Below are positions 1 to 8,757 of a stretch of 64,000 nt of DNA, in pieces. Source of the DNA: Candidatus Aenigmatarchaeota archaeon (GTDB lineage Archaea; Aenigmatarchaeota; Aenigmatarchaeia; GW2011-AR5; JAGGXF01); assembly GCA_021163205.1 (NCBI GenBank), contig JAGGXF010000003.1:1200-65199 (forward strand), given 5' to 3'. A program made the translations under genes and the position numbers. How positions within the stretch are numbered: position 1 is the first letter of the stretch; each line of letters begins with the position of its first letter. The notes beneath the pieces were generated by a model that was not told where the DNA came from, did not search any database, and was given only the letters and a program-made list of their open reading frames with translations.

Positions 1-814
1 TGAACTCATCAACTATCTCTTCTGGATAATCTAAAGAATATCGAGTTATCGTTGTCATGGCATTAAGGTTGAAATCGTTTTTGAATTCTTCTTTTATTCT
101 TTTTATCCAATAGACAACATCATCATATGTGCCCATGCCATTGAGATATTTTCTATTCTTGTTATGAACTTCTTTTGGCCCGTCTAGCGATGTTGCCAAA
201 CCCATTATATGATGTTTCTTAAGGAAATTTAGTTTGTCTTCATCAAATTTTGTTAAATTCGTGACAACGCTAAATTTCAGTTTTTTATTCTTTTCTTCTG
301 CCTTCTTTTCTGCGTATTCTATGACAAACTTCACAATATCAAAGTTCAGAGAGCAATCGCCACCTTGAAATTCTATTGACAATGTCTTTGCGGGCGATTT
401 GAAAATGAAATCCACAACTGCCTTTGCAGTGTCCTCGTCCATGTCATACCCTTCTGCGTTTTCCGGCTTAGCAACAGAATGACAATAAATGCAACGCTGG
501 TTACAACGAAAAGTAGGAATTAATATATGCAAAGACGGCCCATTAAAAAGAAAGCTATTACGCTCCCTGTATTTCTTAACGATGCGCTCAACGTTATTTT
601 TTGTTAATACCACTCCCTTCTCTTCCAGCACACCTAGAAGCATCGCATTCTCTCTAAGTTTCATAGACCTTAAAAGTCGATATTCATCATCAGTTAATAA
701 GACCCAGTCACCGTGATCAGTTGTCACTAGTATCTTGTCGTCTAACCTGAGGGTTCTGTAGAAATTTGGTATGTATCTCGAAGACAAATCAACACCAGAA
801 AAACTTTCTACCAT
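1..814 (-). CDS. radical SAM enzyme (N-terminal part; C-terminus lies beyond window start)
   Basis: Reverse translation from ATG (revcomp of 812-814) gives MVESFSGVDLSS...LHILIPTFRCNQRCIYCHSV..., a CxxxCxxC radical SAM cluster motif. The start overlaps the stop of the upstream small ORF (ATGA). The reading frame is open to coordinate 1. Confidence 0.7.
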   Translation of the reverse strand, partial: MVESFSGVDLSSRYIPNFYRTLRLDDKILVTTDHGDWVLLTDDEYRLLRSMKLRENAMLLGVLEEKGVVLTKNNVERIVKKYRERNSFLFNGPSLHILIPTFRCNQRCIYCHSVAKPENAEGYDMDEDTAKAVVDFIFKSPAKTLSIEFQGGDCSLNFDIVKFVIEYAEKKAEEKNKKLKFSVVTNLTKFDEDKLNFLKKHHIMGLATSLDGPKEVHNKNRKYLNGMGTYDDVVYWIKRIKEEFKNDFNLNAMTTITRYSLDYPEEIVDEF

Positions 815-1071
815 CACAACACCTTATTCTTGATAAGATACAACAAATAATTCATAAATTCATAACCAATTATTTCTAGATCCTCCTTTGAATCGACGAC
901 CTGTTTCGGCTTCAGAATAACCTTATGAATCTGCTCATTTTTTCTATCTTCAACTTCACAGACTTCTGAGTATTCTTCGATTGCCTTGTTAATGACTTCT
1001 TCTGGATAGAGATCACTATTAATGGTCAATTCTACTTTATTTTCATTCACAACTACATCATCGTTCATCAA
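814..1071 (-). CDS. small acidic protein, paralog A of tandem pair (possibly HxsD-like rSAM accessory protein)
   Basis: 85-aa ORF. It shares the motif (T/S)IN(S/P)x(L/I)YP(E/L)EVIxxA...K(L/P)K with the adjacent 173-aa ORF. It is translationally coupled to the downstream radical SAM gene. Confidence 0.5.
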   Translation of the reverse strand: MMNDDVVVNENKVELTINSDLYPEEVINKAIEEYSEVCEVEDRKNEQIHKVILKPKQVVDSKEDLEIIGYEFMNYLLYLIKNKVL

Positions 1072-1072
1072 T

Positions 1073-1594
1073 TCACTCCTCTTTTTTATTCTCTTCGCTT
1101 TCTTTTATTTTACTTTCTTCTTTGATATCCTCTTTAAGTTCTTCAGGCAGGTCTAATCCTTCTGCTTTTTCTGGTGTCCATGGTTCTGCTATGCCTTCTG
1201 GGTCTTCTATAAAATCAACGTCTTCTTCGTTGTCGTTGCCTTCATATTCATCCTCTGCCTGTAGATTTGTGCCAAGCGCTGCCTCAACAATTGCTTTTCT
1301 TATATCCTTGTTTCGAGCTGCCTGAACAACATAAACTGAGTAGTTCACAAGTTCGTTGTGGAACTCAAAAGCAGCCTTCTCTAGGTCTTCTTTACTTGTT
1401 GACTCTTTTGCTTTTAACTTGACTATTATCTCTGTTTCCGGGTCTCCATCTATTATTGTATAAAACTTGTCCAAGAAAACATACGCAGCTGAATATATGA
1501 CCTCAAGCGGATATATCTTAGGATTAATAGATATTACAACTTGGTTTTTCTCTTCTTCAACATCAATAGGAACAGGGACATCCAATAGAATCAC
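1073..1594 (-). CDS. small protein, paralog B of tandem pair with long acidic C-terminal tail
   Basis: 173-aa ORF. The N-terminal ~100 aa are paralogous to ORF 814-1071 (ISINPKIYPLEVIYSAAYVF vs LTINSDLYPEEVINKAIEEY). The C-terminus is a D/E-rich tail. There is a 1-nt gap to the next gene. Confidence 0.5.
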   Translation of the reverse strand: MILLDVPVPIDVEEEKNQVVISINPKIYPLEVIYSAAYVFLDKFYTIIDGDPETEIIVKLKAKESTSKEDLEKAAFEFHNELVNYSVYVVQAARNKDIRKAIVEAALGTNLQAEDEYEGNDNEEDVDFIEDPEGIAEPWTPEKAEGLDLPEELKEDIKEESKIKESEENKKEE

Positions 1595-1646
1595 CTCTCG
1601 TCTTATATATAGACCATAATATCTAGTCTGCTCAAAACTTAAATAA

Positions 1647-2771
1647 TCATCTCATGATTACCTTAATCCAATTAACAAAACTTCCGTGGAACAGCAATGT
1701 TAAGATGTAGCCAAGTAAAAGAAAAATTGCGAACGGCTGTTTCTGGAAAACTAGAATCTCGTTGAAATCTATTTTTTTCTCTTTTTTCAGTTTCTTGATT
1801 TTTTCGATATCTTCTTTTGTTAGTTCACCTAAACTATGAATATATCTTTCCTTTCGTTGTTGAAGCGTTTGTATAAGACTTGTCTGGAGAAAGCTGATCT
1901 TTTCTATCTTTTTATTTCGTTTAACTATCCCCTCCGCAAGAATCATACCCTCTTTCAGTTTATTTATTTTAACACTTTTTGTATAAGAATGGTAAGCTAT
2001 ATGTAGAATAAAAAACCTGAAAACGAGAAATATAAATACACTAACAGCAAACTGATAGAGGAATGCTGCCGTGTATATATTTCTGTAGTCTATGATAATT
2101 CTAATGATTGCACACAAAACAAAAAAGGCTTCTGTTTTTGCCGTGAAAAACATACGCAAGATTTCATATGCTATGAACATTGCGAATATGGTAACGAAAA
2201 AATTAGATGGTAATTTAAAAAGTGAAAGAAAAGTCGTGAATAACCAGGCAAAACCAAGGAATATTACAGATATCAATACAATCTTGTAGGGCTCGAATGC
2301 GTACTTAAATGCTTTTTTAATTACATCTGCTCTTGCCCTCACCAGAAGAATTACAAAAATAAAGAAGAATATTGGCACGAAAGAGTTAACCAAATAGTCC
2401 ATAACCACCGATGAATGTTTATAAAGAATTGGTGGGAACAGGAGGCTCAATGCAAGAAAAAGCTTTGCATCACCAGCAGGCCACATACCCAGATGCCAGA
2501 AAAGGATTGACACCAGAAATGAAGATAAAAATACATTCACAAAAACCGCCGGCTCGATACCAAAATAAAACTGAAATAAGATAGCATATAGAAGTAATAA
2601 AGCAATATACCTGTTCCTGATAACACCTTTCTTTAGATCTTCATAGGAAATTAAAATTCCTATTAGAATAGGAAAAATAAACTCTATCACGAGAGTCCCA
2701 TCCACTTTTTCTTCAGTTGTATGCTTTCTAAGCAAGCTTTGATGAGTTCTTTGTCTCTCAATGTTTGACAC
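1647..2771 (-). CDS. A24-family prepilin/preflagellin peptidase-like polytopic membrane protein with C-terminal extension (true start probably downstream of 2771)
   Basis: Multiple TM segments. The motif WPAGDAKLF matches the GxGDxK catalytic-Asp motif of FlaK/PibD-type peptidases. The C-terminal soluble region resembles that of the second A24-like gene at 22815. Confidence 0.55.
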   Translation of the reverse strand: MSNIERQRTHQSLLRKHTTEEKVDGTLVIEFIFPILIGILISYEDLKKGVIRNRYIALLLLYAILFQFYFGIEPAVFVNVFLSSFLVSILFWHLGMWPAGDAKLFLALSLLFPPILYKHSSVVMDYLVNSFVPIFFFIFVILLVRARADVIKKAFKYAFEPYKIVLISVIFLGFAWLFTTFLSLFKLPSNFFVTIFAMFIAYEILRMFFTAKTEAFFVLCAIIRIIIDYRNIYTAAFLYQFAVSVFIFLVFRFFILHIAYHSYTKSVKINKLKEGMILAEGIVKRNKKIEKISFLQTSLIQTLQQRKERYIHSLGELTKEDIEKIKKLKKEKKIDFNEILVFQKQPFAIFLLLGYILTLLFHGSFVNWIKVIMR

Positions 2772-3121
2772 ATAGTATTGTTCAGACTTATACGAGCCAC
2801 ACAGAACGTCCTGATCTCCCAGTCGTTTATTTCATAACAGATAGAAATGTTATTAGTTATTTCTGCGACATCTCCTATGCAAAATGACTTATTGACATGC
2901 CCACACACCCGCTTACAGTCCTCCAATGTCGAATGTTCTGGAAGTGAAAAATTTTCTTCACAACTCTTGTAAATTTCATATGAAATGTTTGTTATATTAT
3001 TAATTGTGTTATTAAAATCCTTTACTTGGTTTGTAGACGACTGATTTAGAGATATAACTAGACAAAACAGAATGGCCAATACCAGTGCCATCACAACTAG
3101 TTGATATTTTGTCTTCTTCAT
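2687..3121 (-). CDS. small Cys-rich protein with N-terminal signal peptide/membrane anchor
   Basis: 144 aa with N-terminus MKKTKYQLVVMALVLAILFCLVISL (basic n-region plus hydrophobic h-region). The mature part has 8-9 Cys and many N-x-S/T sequons. Its start overlaps the stop of the upstream radical SAM gene (ATGA). Confidence 0.45.
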   Translation of the reverse strand: MKKTKYQLVVMALVLAILFCLVISLNQSSTNQVKDFNNTINNITNISYEIYKSCEENFSLPEHSTLEDCKRVCGHVNKSFCIGDVAEITNNISICYEINDWEIRTFCVARISLNNTMCQTLRDKELIKACLESIQLKKKWMGLS

Positions 3122-4038
3122 ATTCTGGTCACTTTATTTCCCAACACGGGCTTGAATTCATCCCAGCCATATTTTTGTGGATATTCTTTCCACGGACCTT
3201 CGCATATCAAATCAAACTTGCATTTTTTACAGCCTTCAAACTTGGCTTTGCCACTCTCCTTTCGCCACCTATCAAAGTCCTTGATGACAAGCTCAGCATC
3301 TCTGACCTCGCCTCTGGGCATGAATAACTCTGAACAATACTTCTCATAGCCCCGCATAAAGCAGAATGGGAAAGCTTCAACCATCATTCTCACACCACTA
3401 TTCTTCCCTATGTCCAAAGCCCTGTGTATGTAAGGTTTAACATCGCTCTTCCTAGGGACAACTTTGTCAAAATTTTTCCAGGCATTTCCAACAGGGTGAA
3501 CAAAAGCAAGTTGAAATTGGTCAACACCCAATTTTATGAGCAGTTCGGCAAGCTCTGGTAAAGATTTATAATTATATTTTGTGACAACAGAATTGGTCAT
3601 AACATACTGATCAAGCTCGACAAGATTTTTTATTCCTTGAACCGTCTGAGCAAAACTGCCTGGTGCACGCGTTTGCATTTCATGTATCTCTGCTGTTGGT
3701 CCGTGCAACGCTGGCGAGAATTCTGTTGCACCGGCTTTGATTATCTTCTCACAAAAATTCTTGTAGGAAAACATACGGCCATTTGACTGTATCTGGATAG
3801 CTTCGTAACCCAAATCCTTTGCATATTTTACTAACTCTAGAATATCCTTCCTTATAGTTGGTTCTCCACCTGTGAAAACAACTTCCGTGCATCCGTCTTC
3901 TTTGCCCTCTCTAAGATGCTTCTTCAGCGCGTCTGTTGTCTGGTCTCCCAGATGCCTCTTATGCGCCTGCGCACAAAAAATGCAGTTATTATTACAACGA
4001 AATCCTACCTTAAGGTCAAGCCTCTTTTGTAACGACAT
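3118..4038 (-). CDS. radical SAM enzyme
   Basis: 306 aa. Contains FRCNNNCIFCAQ (CxxxCxxC), a GGEPT glycine-rich SAM motif, and C-terminal Cys pairs (CKKCKFDLIC). Confidence 0.75.
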   Translation of the reverse strand: MSLQKRLDLKVGFRCNNNCIFCAQAHKRHLGDQTTDALKKHLREGKEDGCTEVVFTGGEPTIRKDILELVKYAKDLGYEAIQIQSNGRMFSYKNFCEKIIKAGATEFSPALHGPTAEIHEMQTRAPGSFAQTVQGIKNLVELDQYVMTNSVVTKYNYKSLPELAELLIKLGVDQFQLAFVHPVGNAWKNFDKVVPRKSDVKPYIHRALDIGKNSGVRMMVEAFPFCFMRGYEKYCSELFMPRGEVRDAELVIKDFDRWRKESGKAKFEGCKKCKFDLICEGPWKEYPQKYGWDEFKPVLGNKVTRI

Positions 4039-4121
4039 AAGAGAAGTTTTATCCTGAAAATATTAAAAATAGTATTTGTCCACCTAATTAAACAGTTTAA
4101 CAAACTAAACTATAAATAATT

Positions 4122-4940
4122 CTATAATATCGTAAACACGGTATAACCGATAGAGCACAAGACAAAAGAATGTTTCAGACCGCCTGTTAAAGAACCCTCA
4201 GCCATCTGTCCTATTGCCAAACCCGCGAATATACCTTGAATAACTATAAGATGCATAAAAAGTGTTTTAAAAACCTGTTGCATCTGACCCACATCTACAT
4301 CAGATTGGTATTGAAAAGCGGGCACTAAAAAATTTGAAAGACCCCACATAACACCAAGGAACACAAAGAATATGATATAGCCATTTATCATCTGTGAATA
4401 AACTCTTGATGAACGTTCCCTCCTTATGTTTTCTATTTCTTGTGCAGATTCGGCAACAGCTGTCAAAACCTCACCAATGTTTCCGCCGGAGCGATGCGTC
4501 TCATTTATCGTTTTAACAGACCTTCTTACGGTAGGGCTGTTTATCTGATTCGCAAAATTCGTCAAGACCTTCTCAAAGCTTATCCCCCAATCTATCTTTG
4601 CTATAATTTGTTTGACGTAAGGATTCAAAACACCATAATCGTTTGATTTTGTGGCCTTGACTGCCTGCGGCAATGTCATGCCAGCATTGATGTTTGCAGT
4701 AATGTCTCTTAGAAAAATAGGGAAAACTGCGTCTATCTTTTTTACCTGTAAATACTTCGCATATCTTATCCCAAGTGGAACGCCAAGAACTATCAGCGCT
4801 GATAAAAAATTCAAAGGAGCAAACCAACGAGTCCCCATAAACATGGTAAAGTTTATACTTATGAGCGAAAAGCCTATAATGAAAGCTATAACTGTCGTAT
4901 TGCTTATCTTTATGTTTTCTATTGATTTCATTATAGACAT
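4122..4940 (-). CDS. type II secretion system F-domain membrane protein (FlaJ/TadC-like, C-terminal half)
   Basis: 272 aa, polytopic. Its soluble segment (...SPTVRRSVKTINETHRSGGNIGEVLTAVAESAQEIENIRRER) is typical of the T2SS-F/FlaJ cytoplasmic domain. Confidence 0.7.
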   Translation of the reverse strand: MSIMKSIENIKISNTTVIAFIIGFSLISINFTMFMGTRWFAPLNFLSALIVLGVPLGIRYAKYLQVKKIDAVFPIFLRDITANINAGMTLPQAVKATKSNDYGVLNPYVKQIIAKIDWGISFEKVLTNFANQINSPTVRRSVKTINETHRSGGNIGEVLTAVAESAQEIENIRRERSSRVYSQMINGYIIFFVFLGVMWGLSNFLVPAFQYQSDVDVGQMQQVFKTLFMHLIVIQGIFAGLAIGQMAEGSLTGGLKHSFVLCSIGYTVFTIL

Positions 4941-4941
4941 A

Positions 4942-5895
4942 CTAGACCCTCGGTTGAGTGAAGTGTAAGAACATTATGAAAATTGTATTGAGCATTGGTA
5001 TAACTCCATACACTCCTATCTTCATAGCATCTGTTATATCCATACCCATAACTCTTCCACCTATCAAAGACATAACAGATAATATTGATATGAAAAATAA
5101 TGGTGCAGCAATCATGACAGCTGTATACAAATCGGCATACGTTGATAGCGTAGATAAGTAGTGTTCTCTTTTCAGTCTGTAGTTAAATAATGCTTCTTTC
5201 GCGGCGTTTTTCAAGTATTGCGTCAAAGAGCCTCCAGTATCTATCGTAGAAACTATACCAAAAAGAAACTGACGAAATTCATCGCTCGGCGTTCGAGACG
5301 CAACTTGCTTTATTGCAGAGGTTATATCCATACCAAATGTCTCCACGTTCCTTGTTATTACTTTGGCTTCGTTAGATATCTCTTCGTATTCTTTTATATC
5401 TCTCAAAAGCTTGAACATGACATAAGGCGGAACACCACTACTGGATATAGCAGCCATGTGATTAATGGCAAAAGGCATAACCGCCTCTATGCTGGACTTT
5501 TTAGAGCTTATCTTCTGAAAAGGATAAGAATGAAAGGTTACGAGGATGATGAGGGATGTTATGAGACTGAAAAGAAGTGAGCCTATGAGCGATGTGGTTG
5601 GCTCTATTCCAGCAACAAAAACCAGCAGAACCAGCATCCAATCAAAGATAAGAAAAAATGAGAGAAAAGTAAAAAAGAACATCTTCCCTACATACGTTTC
5701 GTAAACCATCCTCAAGTTCGATTGTTCTATTTCCTGCTTTATGGGTTTCAGGTAATTTGGAAAGTGCTTAATACCAAATCTAGCAAAAAATCGTATGGAT
5801 TTTTTATACAAGTCTTTGGCTTTTTTCCACAACGCTCTAATATTCATATCTGCCTTCATAGACAATACCATTCGAAATATTTTATAGCAACCCAA
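4942..5895 (-). CDS. type II secretion system F-domain membrane protein (FlaJ/TadB-like, N-terminal half)
   Basis: 317 aa. Carries a T2SS-F cytoplasmic domain (ITSAIKQVASRTPSDEFRQFLFGIVSTIDTGGSLTQYLKNAAKEAL) followed by TM helices. Its stop lies 1 nt before the start of the next T2SS-F gene, in a different frame. Confidence 0.7.
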   Translation of the reverse strand: MGCYKIFRMVLSMKADMNIRALWKKAKDLYKKSIRFFARFGIKHFPNYLKPIKQEIEQSNLRMVYETYVGKMFFFTFLSFFLIFDWMLVLLVFVAGIEPTTSLIGSLLFSLITSLIILVTFHSYPFQKISSKKSSIEAVMPFAINHMAAISSSGVPPYVMFKLLRDIKEYEEISNEAKVITRNVETFGMDITSAIKQVASRTPSDEFRQFLFGIVSTIDTGGSLTQYLKNAAKEALFNYRLKREHYLSTLSTYADLYTAVMIAAPLFFISILSVMSLIGGRVMGMDITDAMKIGVYGVIPMLNTIFIMFLHFTQPRV

Positions 5896-5912
5896 GATTG
5901 AGCAACACCAAA

Positions 5913-6608
5913 TTAAATTATGCTATCTGTTTCGAAAACTTTGTCGTGGTAGACAAAAAATCCCTGACTAGTTATATCGTATGGATGTAGTTTTCTCGAG
6001 TGCTCTGTTGCCCTCATTTTCAATATTGTCAGGACACGATGAAATTCCCCATTCTTCAACACCCTATGTAGTAATATGATACCATCAGTTACAAACTCTT
6101 CTATTCCGAAGCGTGAGATACCTTCTCTTATGTTTGGTATTTCTGATATCACGATCCCTGTGCACTTGTTTTTTCGAATAAGATTATTCAGTTGTTGCAT
6201 CATTATCCTTATGTCATTTTTATGACCTATATGCATACCCAAAGCAGATACAGAATCAATAACAATTCTCCTAGCATTTATCTCCTTTATGCTATTCTGA
6301 ATTATGTCCATGATATCTTCTATCCTAAATGGGTCGTATTTAACAAGCCTTAACTTATTTTCGTCTTCCATTTTTTTCAAATCCCATCCAAATGTTTCCG
6401 CAGTTTCTCGAATTTGATCAAGGCTTTCCTCGAAGCTTACAAATATCCCAGGTTCAGGAGAACTTACCAAGAAATGCAACCCAAAAATAGTCTTACCTGT
6501 ACCAGCAAAACCTGTCAGAAGAATTAAATCAGATTCCGGAACACCTTCTGGGACGAGAGCATCAAACCCCGGAATGTTGAATTTTATTCTTTTGATACTC
6601 ATCACCAA
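5913..6608 (-). CDS. KaiC/RecA-superfamily ATPase, FlaH-like
   Basis: 231 aa. Walker A LLTGFAGTGKTIFGLHF. It is the size and position of FlaH between the FlaI-like and FlaJ-like genes. Confidence 0.6.
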   Translation of the reverse strand: MVMSIKRIKFNIPGFDALVPEGVPESDLILLTGFAGTGKTIFGLHFLVSSPEPGIFVSFEESLDQIRETAETFGWDLKKMEDENKLRLVKYDPFRIEDIMDIIQNSIKEINARRIVIDSVSALGMHIGHKNDIRIMMQQLNNLIRKNKCTGIVISEIPNIREGISRFGIEEFVTDGIILLHRVLKNGEFHRVLTILKMRATEHSRKLHPYDITSQGFFVYHDKVFETDSII

Positions 6609-6675
6609 TTGTTCTAGTTATTAGATAATTAATTGTAATGAAAAGTTTTAAATCCAAATTACAGGTGTAATTGAA

Positions 6676-8400
6676 CTATTTTTCCATCATCTTGAGAACC
6701 TGCTCTGGTTTTTTCCTATATAATCTTATATATCGAACGACATCACGCCAATCAGAAAAGCTTTTGTTTCGCAGCCACTCAAGAACCTGTTTGCGTCGGG
6801 ACAGCTCTTGCTGTATTCTGCTCATTGAAATGCCCTTCTCTGTCGATATCTTGTGCAGAAGCCACGAATTTCCGTTGTACTCGTAACTATCTTCTGCCGC
6901 AACCCAAGCAAATGCCCTCGTATATTTAACCTTACCCGTGTCTTGATCAACCATACGTATTTCGTCAATTTCTTTGATACGTCTGGCGGATTTTCCTTTT
7001 TCGCGCGCATGAACAAGAATTATTACCAAGTCTAACGTTTCTATTAACCCTGGGGACAGATTTATTGGTTCTGTTTCCAACCTTTTTATGACAGCATCAA
7101 CAGAGCCAGCGTGCATAGTTGCGAGCGACGGATGGCCAGAAGCCATGCCTTGGAACATGACATATGCCTCTTTACCTCTAATTTCACCTACTATCAAATA
7201 GTCTGGGTTTTGCCTGAATGATTCCTTAAGCAAGTCAAACATCGTCACCTCGCCAGTTTCATCCCCGCCAAAACCAAGTCGCGACACGCCAGGTATCCAG
7301 TTCTCGTGGGGCAATGCCAGTTCCCTTGTATCCTCTATAGAAATGATTTTTGCCTCTTCTGGCATAAACAATGATATAGCATTTAGAAAAGATGTTTTGC
7401 CTGTTGAAACGCCACCACATATGAGAATGTTGACTCCGTTTTCAACAGCAAACCATAAATAAGCCATCATCTCAGAGGATGCTGTGCCAAGATTGATTAT
7501 ATCAACTGGTGTAAACGGCGTTTCCCTGAACTTCCTTATAGAAAATGTGGGACCTCTCGTTGTCACGTCTCCGGCAAGTGATGCTTGTACTCGCGTGCCA
7601 TCTGGGAGCGAACCATCCAGGAGCGGCTCGGCATAGCTTATATATCTATTGCATCGCTCTGCAAGCTTTATGACAAATTCTCTAAGTTCTTCTTCATTGT
7701 TGTAGACTATATTTGTTTTTATAGAACCGTACTGTCTGTGAACAACATATATTGGAATTCCTACACCATCACAACCAAGGTCTTCTATGTAAGGGTCATG
7801 TAAAAGCGGTTCTATTATGTTGAGACCAACAAAATCCCTATAAATGTAATACATAATTCTAAAGTATTCTGTTGTCGTCAAATGAAATCCATATTCATCT
7901 ATAAGCATCTGAACGTTCTTTTCCAGGTAATTCATAAGTTTTTCTTGGCTTCTCACCTCGCTCAGGTTGACATCAATCACCTGAATGAGGCCCTCCCTTA
8001 TTTTTTTCAATATTCTTTTCTGCTTCTCGCTAAGTTCCGGCTCTATGACATAATATATATACTCTTCTCGAACAGGGTCCCACATAATTCTGGCATAAGC
8101 ATACGGCTCTATCAGAGGATATCGCATAGTCTTTGGAATTTCCTTAGAAAACATTACAAACCGCTTCGGTGTCCTGAACCTGAATCTCGGATACTTGAAA
8201 TGAATATGTTCGACCTTTTTCAATTTATATTTTTTATGACCATATTCTCCAAGCTTTTTAAGCTCAAGAAGCTGCCCTGCTCGTGTAGTGCTTCTCAAAA
8301 CAGGCTTTCGATATACCCTTATAGTGTTATCTCTCTTCGTCAACTTCCTATACAAAAGTCCTCTCATAGATTTTATTTGATCTAATATGCTTTTTGTCAT
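6676..8400 (-). CDS. type II/IV secretion system ATPase, FlaI/VirB11/GspE family
   Basis: 574 aa. Walker A ICGGVSTGKTSFLNAI. Conserved secretion-ATPase core (ISIEDTRELALPHENWIP, DYLIVGEIRGKEA). Has an N-terminal domain typical of archaeal FlaI-like proteins. Confidence 0.8.
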   Translation of the reverse strand: MTKSILDQIKSMRGLLYRKLTKRDNTIRVYRKPVLRSTTRAGQLLELKKLGEYGHKKYKLKKVEHIHFKYPRFRFRTPKRFVMFSKEIPKTMRYPLIEPYAYARIMWDPVREEYIYYVIEPELSEKQKRILKKIREGLIQVIDVNLSEVRSQEKLMNYLEKNVQMLIDEYGFHLTTTEYFRIMYYIYRDFVGLNIIEPLLHDPYIEDLGCDGVGIPIYVVHRQYGSIKTNIVYNNEEELREFVIKLAERCNRYISYAEPLLDGSLPDGTRVQASLAGDVTTRGPTFSIRKFRETPFTPVDIINLGTASSEMMAYLWFAVENGVNILICGGVSTGKTSFLNAISLFMPEEAKIISIEDTRELALPHENWIPGVSRLGFGGDETGEVTMFDLLKESFRQNPDYLIVGEIRGKEAYVMFQGMASGHPSLATMHAGSVDAVIKRLETEPINLSPGLIETLDLVIILVHAREKGKSARRIKEIDEIRMVDQDTGKVKYTRAFAWVAAEDSYEYNGNSWLLHKISTEKGISMSRIQQELSRRKQVLEWLRNKSFSDWRDVVRYIRLYRKKPEQVLKMMEK

Positions 8401-8466
8401 ATAACCTACCGAAGAACGTACCAGTTGACATAACCAATACTTGGTTGTTGGCCGTAAGAGGACCGC

Positions 8467-8757
8467 TCAAACAGGAAGTCTTGGGTTTTTTCTTGTTCTT
8501 GACTTTCTTGACTTTCCTATTTGCACTATTCCTCTATGACGTGCACAGCTTGGGCAAACATACATCTTTTGGCTGGCCAAACTCAACTGCCTCCGGTCTA
8601 TCTGCTTTCTTATTCCGGGGTCTGTCAACTTAAATCCCTTGAATACGGTAAAACATTTGTACCTAGGAACTTTTTTGCCACAGTAGGCACATGTTACATA
8701 GGACTCACGACCACGTCCCTTGGTATGATGATATGTCCTCTTATATGGCGCTCCCAT
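8467..8757 (-). CDS. rps26e: 30S ribosomal protein eS26
   Basis: 96 aa. KGRGRESYVTCAYCGKKVPRYK...KMYVCPSCARHRGIV matches the eS26 zinc-ribbon pattern (KGRGHV..CxxC..VPKDK...YCVSCAIH). Confidence 0.7.
   Translation of the reverse strand: MGAPYKRTYHHTKGRGRESYVTCAYCGKKVPRYKCFTVFKGFKLTDPGIRKQIDRRQLSLASQKMYVCPSCARHRGIVQIGKSRKSRTRKNPRLPV

Noticed and set aside
489-716. 75-aa + strand ORF inside the first radical SAM gene
   Set aside because: The opposite strand encodes a coherent radical SAM N-terminal domain with CxxxCxxC. The + ORF has no features.
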